From contig NC_133619.1 in the NCBI RefSeq assembly GCF_048593235.1, positions 605,904,558 to 605,968,557 on the forward strand: a stretch of DNA of 64,000 bases, in the 5' to 3' direction. Source of the DNA: Sminthopsis crassicaudata (lineage: Eukaryota). Below the pieces are notes generated by a model that had not been told where the DNA came from, did not search any database, and worked only from the letters and a program-made list of their open reading frames with translations. Below, piece by piece: positions 23,166 to 37,309 of this stretch. A program made the translations under genes and the position numbers. The first letter of the stretch is position 1, and every line of letters starts with the position of its first letter.

Positions 23166-26100
23166 TACTCTGGTAATAGAGCAGCAGAATTTAGGTTCAG
23201 GATTCACATCCCTTGAAACATCTCTTATTTTAACAACTGGGAGAAATGGGAATCCTACATCAATATTTACTAGCTGTGTAGCTCTAGAGCAGTCACCTAT
23301 GGGTGATTATACAATTGCACAATATATTATAATTGATCAGACAATTATAATTCAGTTCTTCATTTGTAAAATGGGGATATTATTGCACAGCACCTTCCCC
23401 ATAAGGTTTCTGTGACAATCAAATTATATAATATGTTAAAGCTCTTTGAAAACCATAAAGAGTTATATCCATAATTGTTATTATTACTACTATGTGTCAC
23501 CTGACTTCAAACTAAGTTCAGAGCTCACATTACAAAGATTATAACTCAAAAATCCAAGAAAATTGCTCTTTGTGAAAGAGACCTTCAAAAGAAGAATTTT
23601 TTTAAAAGCCTCCTGGGGCCCTTTCAGACACTTACTACTTGAAACTTTCCCCCAAGCTTCAAAGGAGAAGGGATAGAGTAGAAAAAGAGAAGTCAAAAAG
23701 ACAACTCCCTGTCAGTTCTTCAGAGTAAAAGCTATATTCATCAATCAATAAACTGTTATTGGGAGCCTACTCTGTACCAGGCACTCTGAGAATCACCGGA
23801 GACACAAAAAGAGGCAAAACAGTCCCTTCCCTTGAGGAACTTACAATTTAATGGAGGAGATAACATGCAATGTTATCCTTACTTTATTGGTACACAGTAC
23901 AGAGTTGTGAGCTGGTCTGAGCTCAGGATCACCTGAGGGATCAATTCCTCCCTGGGTGTTTGATCCTGTAAAGGTCATTTAGGCTCTCAGTGCCCCAGGC
24001 AGTTAAATTCCATAGCATGTACCCATCTATGCTGGCATTTCCCTGGCCCAGTTTTTTAAAAGTATATTTGTAGGTACACATATCATCAAGAGTTTGAGTC
24101 CTGTTTGAAAAATGGACCTTAAAGGAGCAGCTTCCTTAGATGTCAGGCTCAGACGATATGAATTCCTATCCAGTTCTAAAATTCTACATTCTTAACATTC
24201 TCTTAACTTTCTGTGCAAAATTATGGAATTTTTCAGCCCTCCAGACTCCCTTCTCACCCTGGGGGTTATAGCTGAATTCTTAATCTATATAGCAAGGGAG
24301 AGAATTTCTATATCACAAGTCATCCAAATCATAGATCTCAACCAAAAAGAGAAAAAGTTCCTTATCATTCTGACAATTCTGATTCTATGAGATATCTAAG
24401 GGTGGGAGGGAGGATTTTTTTGAGGAAGATGCTGCAGTAGTTGGGAGAGTGAGGGAAGTTCTAATTGTTCCACATTAAGGAAGATTCCCAATAACTTCAG
24501 AAATCAAAAGGAGTGGCAACTAAAGGATGTAAAAAAGGTGACAGAATACCTGAGTTCAAATGCTACCTTGGATACCATTTGTATGACCTTGGGATAGTCA
24601 GCCTTCAATTCTTTGAGCCTCAGTTTCCTCAACCATAAAATGAAGAGCTTGAACCAGATGATCTCTGATTTCCCTTTCTTTTAGATCTAGCTCCATTTTT
24701 CTTTGGCTGGGGAAAAATGACTATAACCAACAGCCAACAGCAGGGGGCCTCAATAAGTTCAAGTCAGTTGCTCTGTGTTTTCTGAATTCTCTGGTCACTG
24801 ATAGAGAACTGGGAAGGATTTTTGAGGTCTTCTAGTCCAGGGGATATTAATCTTTGGTCTAGAAATATCTGGATAGATTTAAAGAGGTCCATGAGAAGGA
24901 AGGAGAAAAAAAACACAACATCTTTATTTTTTGCCAAACATTAATTAAAATTGAGTATTTTCTACAAATATAATTCGAATGCAATCTCATCTGCTGAAGA
25001 CTGGGAAGGGAAGCAAAGTCCTTAGCATTATCAAATTGTCCAATTGTATATAATGAAGTCCTCTGTGCTTCAAGAGATTGTCTTTTTATGTGGCTCAAAG
25101 GAAGACAGATGCAGACATCTCTAACTTCTTTCTTCACCCTTCTCCAAAGAAAACTTTTATTCCTGTCAGGTGGGGAAACAGGAGATTGGGTCTGGAGGTT
25201 ACCACGCTGCTCTCCCCAGAAAGTATCTTTATTATTAGTCTAGGGGCTATGAACAGATTCTAATTAACTTGTGATCACTTTGTCATTTTGGAGAGAAGGG
25301 AAGACCCCAAGCTCTATATTCAAAGCTTGAATTCTACAATGTTCTACAATGAACACACATAGAATATATTAAAAAAAAAACATTTATCCAGGTAAATAAA
25401 AAAGTCATTTAACCCCAATTGCTTCCCTCCCCCCCCCAAAAAAAAGTGGAAGCTTTGGAATTTTCTTGGCAAAAAGCTGGAGTGGTTTTCTATTTCCTTC
25501 TTTAGTTCATTTTACAAAGGAGGAGACTGAGGCAAATAGGATTAAGTGACTTGCTCAAGGGGTCCCACAGCTAGTAAGTATCTGGGACCAGATTTGAACT
25601 CAGTTCTTCCTGACCCAAGCCTGGCATTCTGTCCACTGCTCCACCTTGATACTCACTCAGAGAGTCCCAAAGCAGGACTGGCTGAGAATCAGAGCTGTAG
25701 CCTCTCGGTAACTCAGCTGCACCTCATACACAGGCCAGGACATTCAACTCCACCAGTTAGGAGAGAGTTTCCTAACAAGTGGCCTTGTTATGAATGAAAG
25801 AGCCAGCCAGAAGAGAAGGAAAGATTGAATGAGAGTTTATGGGAGAGAAAGGAGGGACTGGTGGAGCTAGGTACCTGAAAATAGTGGCTCATTAAAGCCA
25901 CAGTGATAAAAGGGAAGGCTTTCTATCCATGACCATATTTCATCTCCCAACAACCCCATGAGATGGATTCTATTATTATGCACTTTTATACATGAAAAAA
26001 TGAGGTTCAGAAAGTATGTATGACTTGCTCATAGACCCACAGCTAGTATCTGAAGTAAGATTCAAATCCAGATCATCCTAATCCCAGGTTTTTCTGACTC

Positions 26101-27193
26101 CATGTCCAGGGTTTGGACAGTTAATACACTCAATTAATACACTAAGGCTTAGTGTATTAACTGTGAGACTTGGAGATAAATCTGTGAGTTCAAATTCTGC
26201 CTCTGAGACTTAATAGCTGGGATATTCTAGGCAAGTCACTTAACTTTTCTGAGCCTCAGTTTCCTCAAATGGAAAAACAGGGGATTGGACCTGATGATCC
26301 TGAGCTCCCTCCTATCCCTAAATCTATTTGGCTTATAATGGTGATTGGCTTTATCAGAGAGGGGGGCCACATCCTTTTAAGGAGCTGAGTTATATGTACT
26401 CAGGTCTTCATGTGTGGAGAAGAGTTAGGGCAGCAACTTCAGGCTTCTTAGACTGATTGAATCCCAAGGTAACCTACAGTGATCCGGCAGATAACTGCTC
26501 TAAAATAAATTTTTTCAGGTCCTGTTATGGTCTGTAGTCATGTTAATTCGTTTCTTAAGGGTTTTTGTTTGTTCATTTATTTATTTTACCAGAGGCTGAA
26601 AAAAGGATATCTGGAGGTAAAATTAGCTTGCTCTTAAAAAATGGAATTGCTCCAGTTGAAGAGGAAGTATGCTGCTGTTATGGATAGGGAACCAATAGAG
26701 AAGCCAAAAAAAGCTACTTTTCCACCTCCTCTTTCCCCTGCCCATCTCTGTCACCCCCATATACCATCTTTTGCTCAAACCTGAACCACCTACTCCTTCT
26801 ATCTCCCTAGCCCTCTCCTGTCCAGGGACCTTAGGCACCTGGCTACCAGACACCAACCCAGCCCTTGTTTCAAGGATATGATATGGATTAATTCTTGTCT
26901 TTGGTCCAGCCCCCACAGAGCAATGTTCTCCCCACTCTCTGTCCTCTTCTGACAACTCCCTGCAACACACACACCCCAATGTGGCAACTTTGAGCATGAC
27001 TCCCTTGTTGCTCACAGCCCTCCTATTCCTGAAGGAAGCACTGTTCCCTAAAAAAGAAAGCCTTGAAGACTTGTACTTGTATAAGTACATAGGTCTGGGG
27101 CAGCTTGGAGAAGATCGAGCTAGCTATTACATTTCATTAGCACATAGAAGGTATGAAAGAAGGTACTATAAAATCACACTGGGAAGGTGGGTT

Positions 27194-27926
27194 AAAAATT
27201 CTATTACTCTGATTTTTTATTAATTTAAATTGACCATCATCCTAATTAATTCATTAAAAAACTATGGTGAGTTTAAAGAAATTCTGTTACTGTGATTTTT
27301 AATTAATTTAAATTGACCTTTATTCTAATTAATTGATTAAAAAAAACCCATGGTAATTGCTACTGTGAGTTTTCATTCATTTAAATTGGCCTTCATCCTA
27401 ATTAATCGACTAAACAAAACTATGATGAGTTTTAAAAACTCTGCTACTGTGAGTTTTCATTCATTTAAATTGGCTTTCATCCTAATCAATCGATTAAACA
27501 AAGCTATGATGAGTTTTTAAAAACTCTGCTACTGTGAGTTTTCATTAATTTAAATTGGCCTTCATCCTAATTAATCGATTAAACAAAATTATGGTGAATT
27601 TAAAAATTCTGTTACTGTGAGTTTTCATTAATTTAAATTGACAATCCTAATTAATCTATTAACAAACCTATGGTGAGTTTAAAAAATTCTGTTACTATGA
27701 ATTTTCATTAATTTAAATTGACCTTCATCCTAATTAATCCATTAAATAAAACTATGGTGAGTTAAAAGATTCTATTTCTGTGATTTTTAATTAATTTAAA
27801 TTGATCTTCATCCTAATTAATCCATTAAATAAAACTATGGTGAGTTAAAAAAATTCTATTGCTGTGATTTTTCATTAATTTAAATTGACTTTTATCCTAA
27901 TTGATCCATTTAAAATAACCATGGTA
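27194..27926. repeat. AT-rich tandem array, about 9 copies of an ~83-bp unit
   Basis: Anchor t(a/c)atttaaat at 27221, 27304, 27377, 27461, 27546, 27629, 27709, 27792, 27876 (spacings 83, 73, 84, 85, 83, 80, 83, 84). Confidence 0.95.
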
Positions 27927-28729
27927 GGACATCAGAGTCCTTAAAAAAACCCCTAAACATCTTTTTTTTTTTCTTTTCCTTCCTGTAATAGATATGGACC
28001 TTTGTAAAGTTCCATTCAGATGCCTCTGGGTTCCTGTGACACTGGGTCCTTGAAAATAATACCACTTGATGACAAGCACTAGCACCTTACAGGACCATAG
28101 TCTTGGCCACATACTATATCTGCTCATTGAAGATAAGCCTTGTTGAATATAGCGTATTATTAACAGTACGTTGGCCACTTGGGGGTGAGTTCTTTGGCTA
28201 TAGTATTCCATATATACAAGTATTTTTAGATCAGACCTTCTAATATACAGGGAATCTGCATCAAGTTCATTTTGGGTTGCTTCCATGACATTGAATTATA
28301 ATTCAATATTGAAATTTATATTTCAATATATTAATAATAATAGAATCATAGAATCCTAAGCATCCTCCTTGGCAGTATCAATGGCTTCTTCTTTTCTCTT
28401 TTTTGGTGGTCACATTGGCTCCCCTGGAGTTTAGTTATCTCTAGGCAGATAACTCTCAAATTTATGTAGCTCCTATATCCTTTTGGGGTCCTTATGCCAA
28501 CTCCCACTCTCACTGACAAGATGGATCTTCATAGAATGGTTATATTCTGCCCCACTCAGAGTTCTAGGGACACCCTGGAGAATTTGAGAGTATCTTTCTA
28601 ATGTCATCAGTTTGAGATCCAATCTGGTCAGGTTTTCTCTGAATTAAATTCCCATATATCATCGATTGACCTAACAATTAGATTCTTAGTATGTTTAACC
28701 AATTAACACCAATTAGCCCTTAGCAAGAG

Positions 28730-29240
28730 GATAGTTTCCCCAACTGATAAATGGCCAAAGGATATAAATAGGCAGTTTTCAGAGGAAGAAATTAAAGCTA
28801 CCAATAGTCATGAAAAATGCCCTAAATTACTAATAATTAGAGAAATACAAATTAAAACAACCTAATCTATCAAATCAACTAACATGATAGAAAAGGAAAA
28901 TGACAAATGCTGGCGAGGATATGGAACACTAATACATTGTTGGTGGAGTTGTGGACTTGTCTAATCATTTTAGAGAACAATTTGGATCTAAAGCCCAAAT
29001 GCCATAGAACTGTGCTTAAAACTTTGATCCAGCAAGACCACTAGTAGGTCTGTTTTCCAAAGGGATCAAAGAAAAGGGAAAAAAAATCTATATAAAAATA
29101 TTGATAGCAGCTCTTTTTATGGTGTCAAAGATTTGGGAAAATGAAGATTTGTTCCCGGTTGGGGAATGGCTAAATAAATTATATATAATTGGATAGAATA
29201 CTATTGTGTTATAAGAAATAATGAAGGGGATAGATTTAGA
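28730..29240 (+). mobile_element. L1 ORF2 3' fragment
   Basis: aaggatataaataggcagttttcagaggaagaaattaaagc...gaaatacaaattaaaacaacc...acactaatacattgttggtggagttgtg. Confidence 0.85.
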
Positions 29241-29739
29241 AAATCTTGTGAAGTGATTCTATACATCCTCCTGCCTATAGGAATATGGTGCTCTAGTCGA
29301 TCCACAGCTGAGGTAAGTAAGTAGGTCACTCCTGAGGGCTGTGCCGGTACCTTAGCTGGCTCAGTGGCCAACAATATCTGCAATGGATTCCATTTCCTGA
29401 AGCTTTCAAGTTCTCACAAGATTGCATACATGTCTATTCCATAGCCAACACTCATTCCCCTACAAGCAAGAATGAACAAGGTCAAAAGAGCTGGAGTTCC
29501 CTCTGCTATCTGGAGGCTGGTAGCAATTCATCTTCTTCAGCTCAACACAGCTGGGGAGGGTAAAAAGGGATTCCTTTGTGAGAGTTCTTATGAATGCTCA
29601 CTTGGGATTTCTTTACTATATGGTAAGCAGATGTATACCTGAGAGTCTCCAAAATCCTTGGGAGAATTCAAATCAGGCAGAGCTCACTATGTATTCATAA
29701 GGACTGGGACATCCCTGTTCTACTTGTCCATCTAGCTCA

Positions 29740-30500
29740 AATCTCTTTTAAATCTCACTCCTGTATAATGGGTCCAGTGCCCACTGGCTACGTCTACTTT
29801 GATACCCTAAAAGGATTTCAAGTTCAACATGTTCAGAATATAACTTGTTATATTTTCCTAAAAATCCATCCTTTCTTCAAACTTCCCTGTTTCTATCCAC
29901 AGTACCACCATACTTAGTCAACCCAGTTTTGCAACTTTGGAGTCTTCCTTGACCCTTTTCCTTTCTCAACAGCCATATCCAAGCAGTTTTCAAGCCTTGC
30001 CATCTTCCACAACATTCCCTTGAATCAATTCTCATCACTTCACTTATACAAACTATACATTAGTCTGAGCCTTCATCACCTCCTGCCTGGAGCCACTCCT
30101 CAGCAATCTCCCTGCTTCCAATTTCTCCCCCTCCCCTCCTTCCTCCATATGGCTGCTAAATTGCTATTCCAAAATCCTGTATCTGGCTATGTCATCTCCC
30201 TCTTCAGTGCCTTTAGGAAGAGATACAAAGTCCTCATTCCGGCATTTAAAGCTTCCTACAATCTGATCTCCACCTGCTTTTCCAGTCTCATTTAATATGA
30301 CTTCCCATTTCAAACCATCTGCTAGCTTTTCTCCACACCCGACATTCCCTTCTTCTTTCTCCCTGCCTTTGCCCAAGTGAGCCGCCAGGTCCAGAATATC
30401 CTCCCTTCTCCTTTCTACTTTGCATATCCTCCAACACCTTTCAAAGTATAGCTCAGGTGCCTCCTCCTACAGGAAGCCTTTCCTGATTCACAACCATTCT
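29740..30500 (+). mobile_element. L2 LINE 3' fragment
   Basis: Pyrimidine-rich L2-type sequence (ttcaagttcaacatgttc..., ctcctcctacaggaagccttt). Confidence 0.7.
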
Positions 30501-31055
30501 TTGTCTTGAAATGATTCCCTCTCCTCCCCGGGGCTTGTGTTTTCATTAAAGTAAGGAATTGCTAATGAGGATATTTTTTCTCCTAAAGTATCTTGGCAGA
30601 AAGTGCAGCTATATTGCAATTGACACTCAGAAGGTGTCCGGGGCATTCAGTTAGTCTGAATAATTTGTCAGGATACATCTGATATGTGCCTGAGCTGAGA
30701 GTTGAACCCAGACCTTCCTGATTTAGAGGTTCTCTCAGTCTCTATTATCCCATGCTGACCCTCAGAAATTAGGATTTACTTTCATACACAATACTTTATA
30801 CTTGCTTGGATACATTTATCCTGTCCCTTTACTCCCAATAGAATGTAAACTTTTGTAGGGTAGGGATTATTTCAATTTTAGTTTTGTATCCCCAGTGTCT
30901 AGCTCAGGACCTCACACACACTCAGCGTTTAATCAATGCTTGTTAAATTTTAGGAACCTTAGAGGCCATCTAGTCATACTCCTACCTGAAAGAGGAGTTC
31001 TCTCTACAACAGATGGTCTTCCCATTTCTATCATAACACCTACAATGTTGGAGAG

Positions 31056-31526
31056 NNNNNNNNNNNNNNNNNNNNNNNNNNNNNNNNNNNNNNNNNNNNN
31101 NNNNNNNNNNNNNNNNNNNNNNNNNNNNNNNNNNNNNNNNNNNNNNNNNNNNNNNNNNNNNNNNNNNNNNNNNNNNNNNNNNNNNNNNNNNNNNNNNNNN
31201 NNNNNNNNNNNNNNNNNNNNNNNNNNNNNNNNNNNNNNNNNNNNNNNNNNNNNNNNNNNNNNNNNNNNNNNNNNNNNNNNNNNNNNNNNNNNNNNNNNNN
31301 NNNNNNNNNNNNNNNNNNNNNNNNNNNNNNNNNNNNNNNNNNNNNNNNNNNNNNNNNNNNNNNNNNNNNNNNNNNNNNNNNNNNNNNNNNNNNNNNNNNN
31401 NNNNNNNNNNNNNNNNNNNNNNNNNNNNNNNNNNNNNNNNNNNNNNNNNNNNNNNNNNNNNNNNNNNNNNNNNNNNNNNNNNNNNNNNNNNNNNNNNNNN
31501 NNNNNNNNNNNNNNNNNNNNNNNNNN
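31056..31526. other. Assembly gap (N run)
   Basis: 471 Ns. Confidence 1.
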
Positions 31527-32779
31527 TTTGATGTTCTTTGTACTACTGAGGTAAAATCCATGTCCCTTTCACCCAGCTGGCTTTGTTTGTGTCATCTGGA
31601 GCCAGGAAGAACAAATCTCATTCTTCTCCTATGTGCCAGTGATCATGTCCCCCTCTAAATTTCTTCAGGCGGCACCTGGGCTATGCTTTGAAAGATGCTA
31701 GAGACACATGCTCACTTAGGCATAGGCAAGGAGGAGGAAGAAGGGAATTCCAGTTTTGGAGAACAGCTAGCAGATGATTTTAAATGGGAAGTAATATTAA
31801 ACAAGACTGGAAAAGGAGGTAAAGATCTAATTTTAGGAATTGATTCTCTCAAAAGCAAATGCTCTATTTGACATAGTTCTTATCCATATCCTCCTTCTTA
31901 GCTTAAATTTCTTCATCTGTAAAATTCAAGGGGTTGTTCTAGTTCTCTGAGGTCTTTGCCAGCTTGAAATTCCATGATCTTATTCCAGATGTGCCCCAGT
32001 TTGTCAATGTCCCTTTTAAAAATATGGTTCCCAGAACTGAAAGCAATATTCAAGCATGGCCTGATGGGGATAGCAGGATTATCACCCTCCCTAATTCAGA
32101 ATATAATACTTCTGTTGAGACATCATTATACACTGTTAGTGGAGACTGAATTAATATTGAAGTTTTAATGTACTATAGACATTACTTAATGAAAAAAAAT
32201 GAACCTATTTGTGTTTCATAATATAGCCAAGTTAGGCTCCTAAGTTCATTTAATACCTATTATAGGGGAAATCAATATTCTACCGGTGTTGTTCTATGGC
32301 TAGGAGACATAGAACACAACAGTCTCTGAAGAATTGAAAATGAATATCACACAGAAGGCAATGGGGAGTCAAGTGATGGAGATGAGGAGACTGTAACCCG
32401 TAATCAGGAAGGGACTTTGAAAAGAGCAGGAGGCAGGTATCATCAGGAAGATGTATGAGAGAAAGAGAAGATGGGCTGGTTATTTGGCAGAAGTTGGGGG
32501 TAGGGTGGCAGGTGAAGTGCTCCACTGTATTCTCATGATGCACATGATGAGTTAGTTATAAGCCACACACATATCAATGAGATCACAGAGCCATTGGAGA
32601 ATTTTGAGTATGTATAGAGGAAAAAGGAGATGGCACAGTGATAAGTATATGTGGGTTCTATTCCCCAATTAATGTAACTTAAAGATATGTGAGAATATTT
32701 GAACATAATGAAATTTGAAATGTATAAACCAAGTATTTTGTACCTTGTATTCTTTTATCCAGCATGCAATCCTTTAATT

Positions 32780-33545
32780 AGTTCAAGAAAGAAATAACTG
32801 ATTGGCTAACCAAATAAGATAGCTACATCTTTGGGGGGGGGGCTTTCAATTTAAAAACAATTTCAGTGTTGATTCAGTCCAGCAATGATGACTCAAGTAG
32901 TAGTATTAGATGTTGGTCAGTGCCTCGTTTCTGCCATGCTATTTTCCAGTTTTTCCAGCAATTATTTTGTTAAGTAATAAGTTTTTATCACAGAAGCTGG
33001 AGACTTTGGGTTTTATCAAGCACTAGATTACTGTAGTCATTGGTTATTGTATCTTGTGACACTAACCTATTTAACTGATCCATTATTTTATTTTTTAGAC
33101 AGCACCAAATGGTTTTGATGATTACCACTTTATAATATATAGATCTGATATGGTGAAGCTGCCTTCCTTTGTAATTTTTTCATTAATCCCCTTAAAATTT
33201 TTGACCTTTTGTTTTTCTAGATGGATTTTCTTGTTCTATAAAGTAATTTCTTAGCAGTTTGATTGGCGTGGCACTGAATAAATAGCTCAATTTATGTAGA
33301 ATTATCATTTTTATTATATTAGGTTGGCTTATCCACGAGCCCTTGATATTCTTCCATTCGTTTAGATTTAACTTTATTTGTATGCAAGCGTTTTGTAATT
33401 GTGTTTATAGTTCATGACTTTGTCTTGGCAAGTAAACTCCCAAATATTTTATATTATCTACTGTTATTTGTAATGGGATTTCTCTTTCTATCTCTTGCTA
33501 TTGGACTTTGTTGGCAGCATATAGAAGTACTGATGACAATACTTT
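32780..33545 (-). mobile_element. L1 ORF2 fragment
   Basis: caccaaatggttttgatgattaccactttata and gattggcgtggcactgaataaata are reverse complements of L1 ORF2 segments. Confidence 0.8.
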
Positions 33546-36500
33546 CTTCTTAACACCATCCATCATGAACTCTTTTTTATAATAAAGAAGACCCTCAAAT
33601 ACAGCATCCGTGGCTGATTTGTATATCACATTTTGCATCTATAGCACCCCACCTCCCTACTAAGAAAACTTTCTCTTAGTTTCATTTTCAGCTCTTCTGG
33701 ATCTGTTAAATGGGGGGAAATCATATACACAGTATTTGTCTCATAGGATATCACTCACTCCCATTCATCACAGCTCAACAGATTGCTTTTTAGTGTTATC
33801 ATGTACCTTATCAAAGTCATTGTGTATATTCTTCCCTTCATTCGGTTTTCTTTGTTCTATATCACTTTATAAAGCTTTCTTAGATTCCTCCTTTTATCAG
33901 GGAAGAAATAGACTTGCAGAAGCAGGTCATGTAAGTAGTTAGTAGCAGTGCCTGGAATTGTTCCCAGGTCTCTGCCTTCAAATTCAGGACTTTCTTCCCT
34001 ATTCCATGTTGGCCTTTCATTTACTCATCTGTAAAGTATGAGCATTGGACTAAATAATTTCTAGTTACCTTCTAGCTTTAAATTTGTGGTCCCCAGATTC
34101 TGTGAGGTCAATGTTATAAAATTATTATTCCCACTTTCCAGATGAGGAAACTGAGGCTCAGGAACTCAGGATTCGAACTCAAGCTTTTCTTAATCCAAGA
34201 ACCGGCCTTCTCTGCACCACTGGCTGATTGCTCGGCCTTCTTCTTGCTTCGCCTTCATAAACAGTTCAGCAACATAATGCATTGTAATTGCTTTTTCATT
34301 AGTAGCCACAGAATCCACATTCAGTAGCTCCTGACCACTGAGGTTTGAAGTTAATCACGGTCTGGTCCTCTGAAACACAAGGATTGTACAATGTTCCCTG
34401 CTTCCTTGGGGTGGTGGTGGAAATGGCTCCCTCATTAAAGGATACCACTTAATTTCCCGCTGTGGGGTCGGAGAAGTCTTTTTTCCAGATGCACCATGTG
34501 CTGGTGCTCTTTCCTCCTCTGGAGTGTGGCCCCATTCCCGAGGGTTCCCAATCAAAGCACACTCTTGAGCAGCCCAGCACATTTTCTCACTCCCCAGGCC
34601 TGAAGCATCTGGGGAAAAGAAGGAACCTTCAAGGATCTAAGTCAAGCTAATTAGCTTTCAGCTGCTTCACATCTGGAGATCAAATATAAACGAATGGCCT
34701 CCAAACCCCGTTCCGGTCTCTTAATGACCCTGGCTGTCATATTTGCTTTCTAATGGCACTAAGTCATATGCTGCATCCTATTCCCACGAGGGCCCCGTGA
34801 AACAGGAACGCCTGAATTGTCAGCTCTGGTGGAGGAGGGGGAGGGGATGCAGCTGCTTTTCTGGCCTAGAGTTCGAGGTCTGTCTCCTTCATTTGGAAGG
34901 GTCGCCACATCGGGTCCCTGGGAGATGGCCTGCCTTGGGGAGTAGAGCATTGGATTTTGAGTCAGGAAATCCAGGCTCCAATCTGGTCTTTAATACATAG
35001 TTGCTGTGCGATTGATTGTAGGCAACTCCTTGCTCCAAAATAGTGTCCTCATCTGTTAAAGGGAAGAAATCATATATGTAGGACTTGCCTTATAGGATTG
35101 TTGTGAAATAATTATTTGTCATTGCTTCCTTCAAGATTTTCATAGACAGGACATTTTTCTCCAATGGAACAAAGAATAACTAATGCATGAATTCTTATCC
35201 TGTGCACTACTTATCTCTGCCCTTCCACGAATCCTCAGTGGGGGTCCCTCTCCAGTGTTCTGAGGGCTTTCCACCAGATCCTTTGACATCCCTTAGGGCA
35301 CAATAATATTCCATTAGAATGCTAAACTACACTATATTCATTCCTTCTCTAATAATTGGACATAGGGAGGGTTTTTTGGTTTGTTTTTTTTTTTTTACTA
35401 CTACAAAGAGTTACTATGAAGGTTTTGCACCGATAAGTCCTCTTCCTCTCTTTTAATAAAATCCTTGAGGGGCAGTGTTGCATAGGGGAAAGAAGGTTGA
35501 GCTTCCAGGAGTAGCTAGGAACTCCTGGATTCAAATCTTGACTATGATTTAGCAGTGTATAGCAAGTCAGCCTGCGACAATTCTCAGAGCCTTATTTTCT
35601 GACTTAGAATGGGGTGCTATCTGCTTGGAGGTTGTACCTACAAAATCATAGAACCTCGACATATCATCTTAGTGCTAAACAGCTAGATTCATGCCACTCC
35701 CCTGCTCAAGAAACACAGTGTCTTCCTTGCTTCTAGGACAAAGTACTCCTTTGTTCGTCACTAAAAACCTTGCAACCTATCTTTCTACACTTACTCCCCC
35801 TCACCTTCTGGCTTTTCACAGTTTTTGGGTTATCCCCTTCATGCCTTTGTCCAGGCTCTTTTTCACACCATAGATACTCCCTCCTCACTTCCTCACCTCA
35901 TCTCTTGGATCCTTAGCTTCATTTATGTGTGTCTTGATCCTTCTATTTGTTTTTTTTAAAAAAAAAAAAGGCCAGAGTAGAGGGCCTATTGAGGTCTTTG
36001 CCAGCTATGGATCCAAGAGTACGAGGCCCTTCTTGACCCATTCCTTACGTTGTTAGCATTTCTCCTAGTGCCTGAAATTATATGTATTCTGTGCAGTAGA
36101 ATATAAGCTTGTTGAAGTTATGGATGATTTCTTTTGGGTCAAGCACAGTGCTAGGCACTTAGTAGGTACTAAACAAATGCTTATTGAATCAAATTGAACT
36201 GAATTTCTGACTCCAAGAATATAAATTACAGTTCTCCCTCTCCCATAGTCTTTAGACTGTAAGCTCTTTGAGGGCAAGTATTTTATTTTATTTTATTTTT
36301 TTTTGGACTTTCTGTTCTTGGATCTTAATACAGTCTTGGAATATAATAAATTTATTATTGATGTTATTATCATCCCTTGAATTTAGTAGTGCTGGCAGAT
36401 TGTAAATGCTATATAAATGTTGTTATTATTATTATTATCCCTTGAGATTAGTAGAATGCTCGGCACATTATAAGTGCTTAATCAGTGTTTGTAAATTGAC

Positions 36501-37309
36501 TAGTGGAGTGGTGGAAGCTAGTGATAAGTTAAGACTGAACGTTTACGCAGTATGAGAACTTGTGATCATAGCCAGGGCCCTGATTCTAGGTATTTCCTCC
36601 TAACTCTGAAATGGATAAGTTTCCCTCATCTTAACCAAGCCTTTTATCCCAGAGCATCCCTCCCTGAGTCCTTGGAGCCTTGTTCATTCTTCCTGAAGCA
36701 CATTCTGGGACCAGCCTTGATCAAACATCTGCCTGGCCAGTTGCTTGCTGAGAAGAGGTTAGAGATCTCTGCTTTTCAGGCCCTGGCCTGACTGGCAAGG
36801 CTACAGACATCTGCCAAGGGATCTAGCCAGCAGCCATTTTATTAGGTTTAAATATTTAAGCTATTTTTATGGAGAGTTCATTTTTGGTTGAAGGAGGCTA
36901 AAAAGCAGCTTAGTCTGGTCGTTATAGAAAATGTGACTCATGGTTTCTGAAAGATTTAAAAATGTAGTAGACTCCTCAGTTTCCTACACTGTAAATTGGA
37001 TTGCTGTCCTCTCAAATGCCCACGAGATGGCAGTAAAGCTTCAAGATTTTCTTTGCTGATAAACTGCATTTCTGGGGTGTTCTGATGGTCTTCAAGGGGG
37101 AGCAATCGTAGACCTTTAGAATCCTAGATCTAAAGGTTGGAGGCCCATCTAGTCCAACTCCCACATTTTAAAGATGATGAAACTGAGGCAAGAGTAGGTT
37201 AAATGACCTTTATTGTGTCAATCCTGGTTGTTAAAGTGTGGGTCCTAGGGGCAGGATGGATGATCCCTTACAGAGTTTGATATGAGAAGCCACAACAATC
37301 CTTCCTTCG

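Noticed and set aside
27194-27926. CRISPR-like array (also considered for the 33-bp arrays)
   Set aside because: Units are head-to-tail with no unique spacers, there are no cas genes, and the DNA is mammalian.
27897-28286. 129-aa minus ORF, faintly CR1/L2-like (SLY..EYYSQ..IQ)
   Set aside because: Too weak to assign; probably a decayed LINE fragment rather than a gene.
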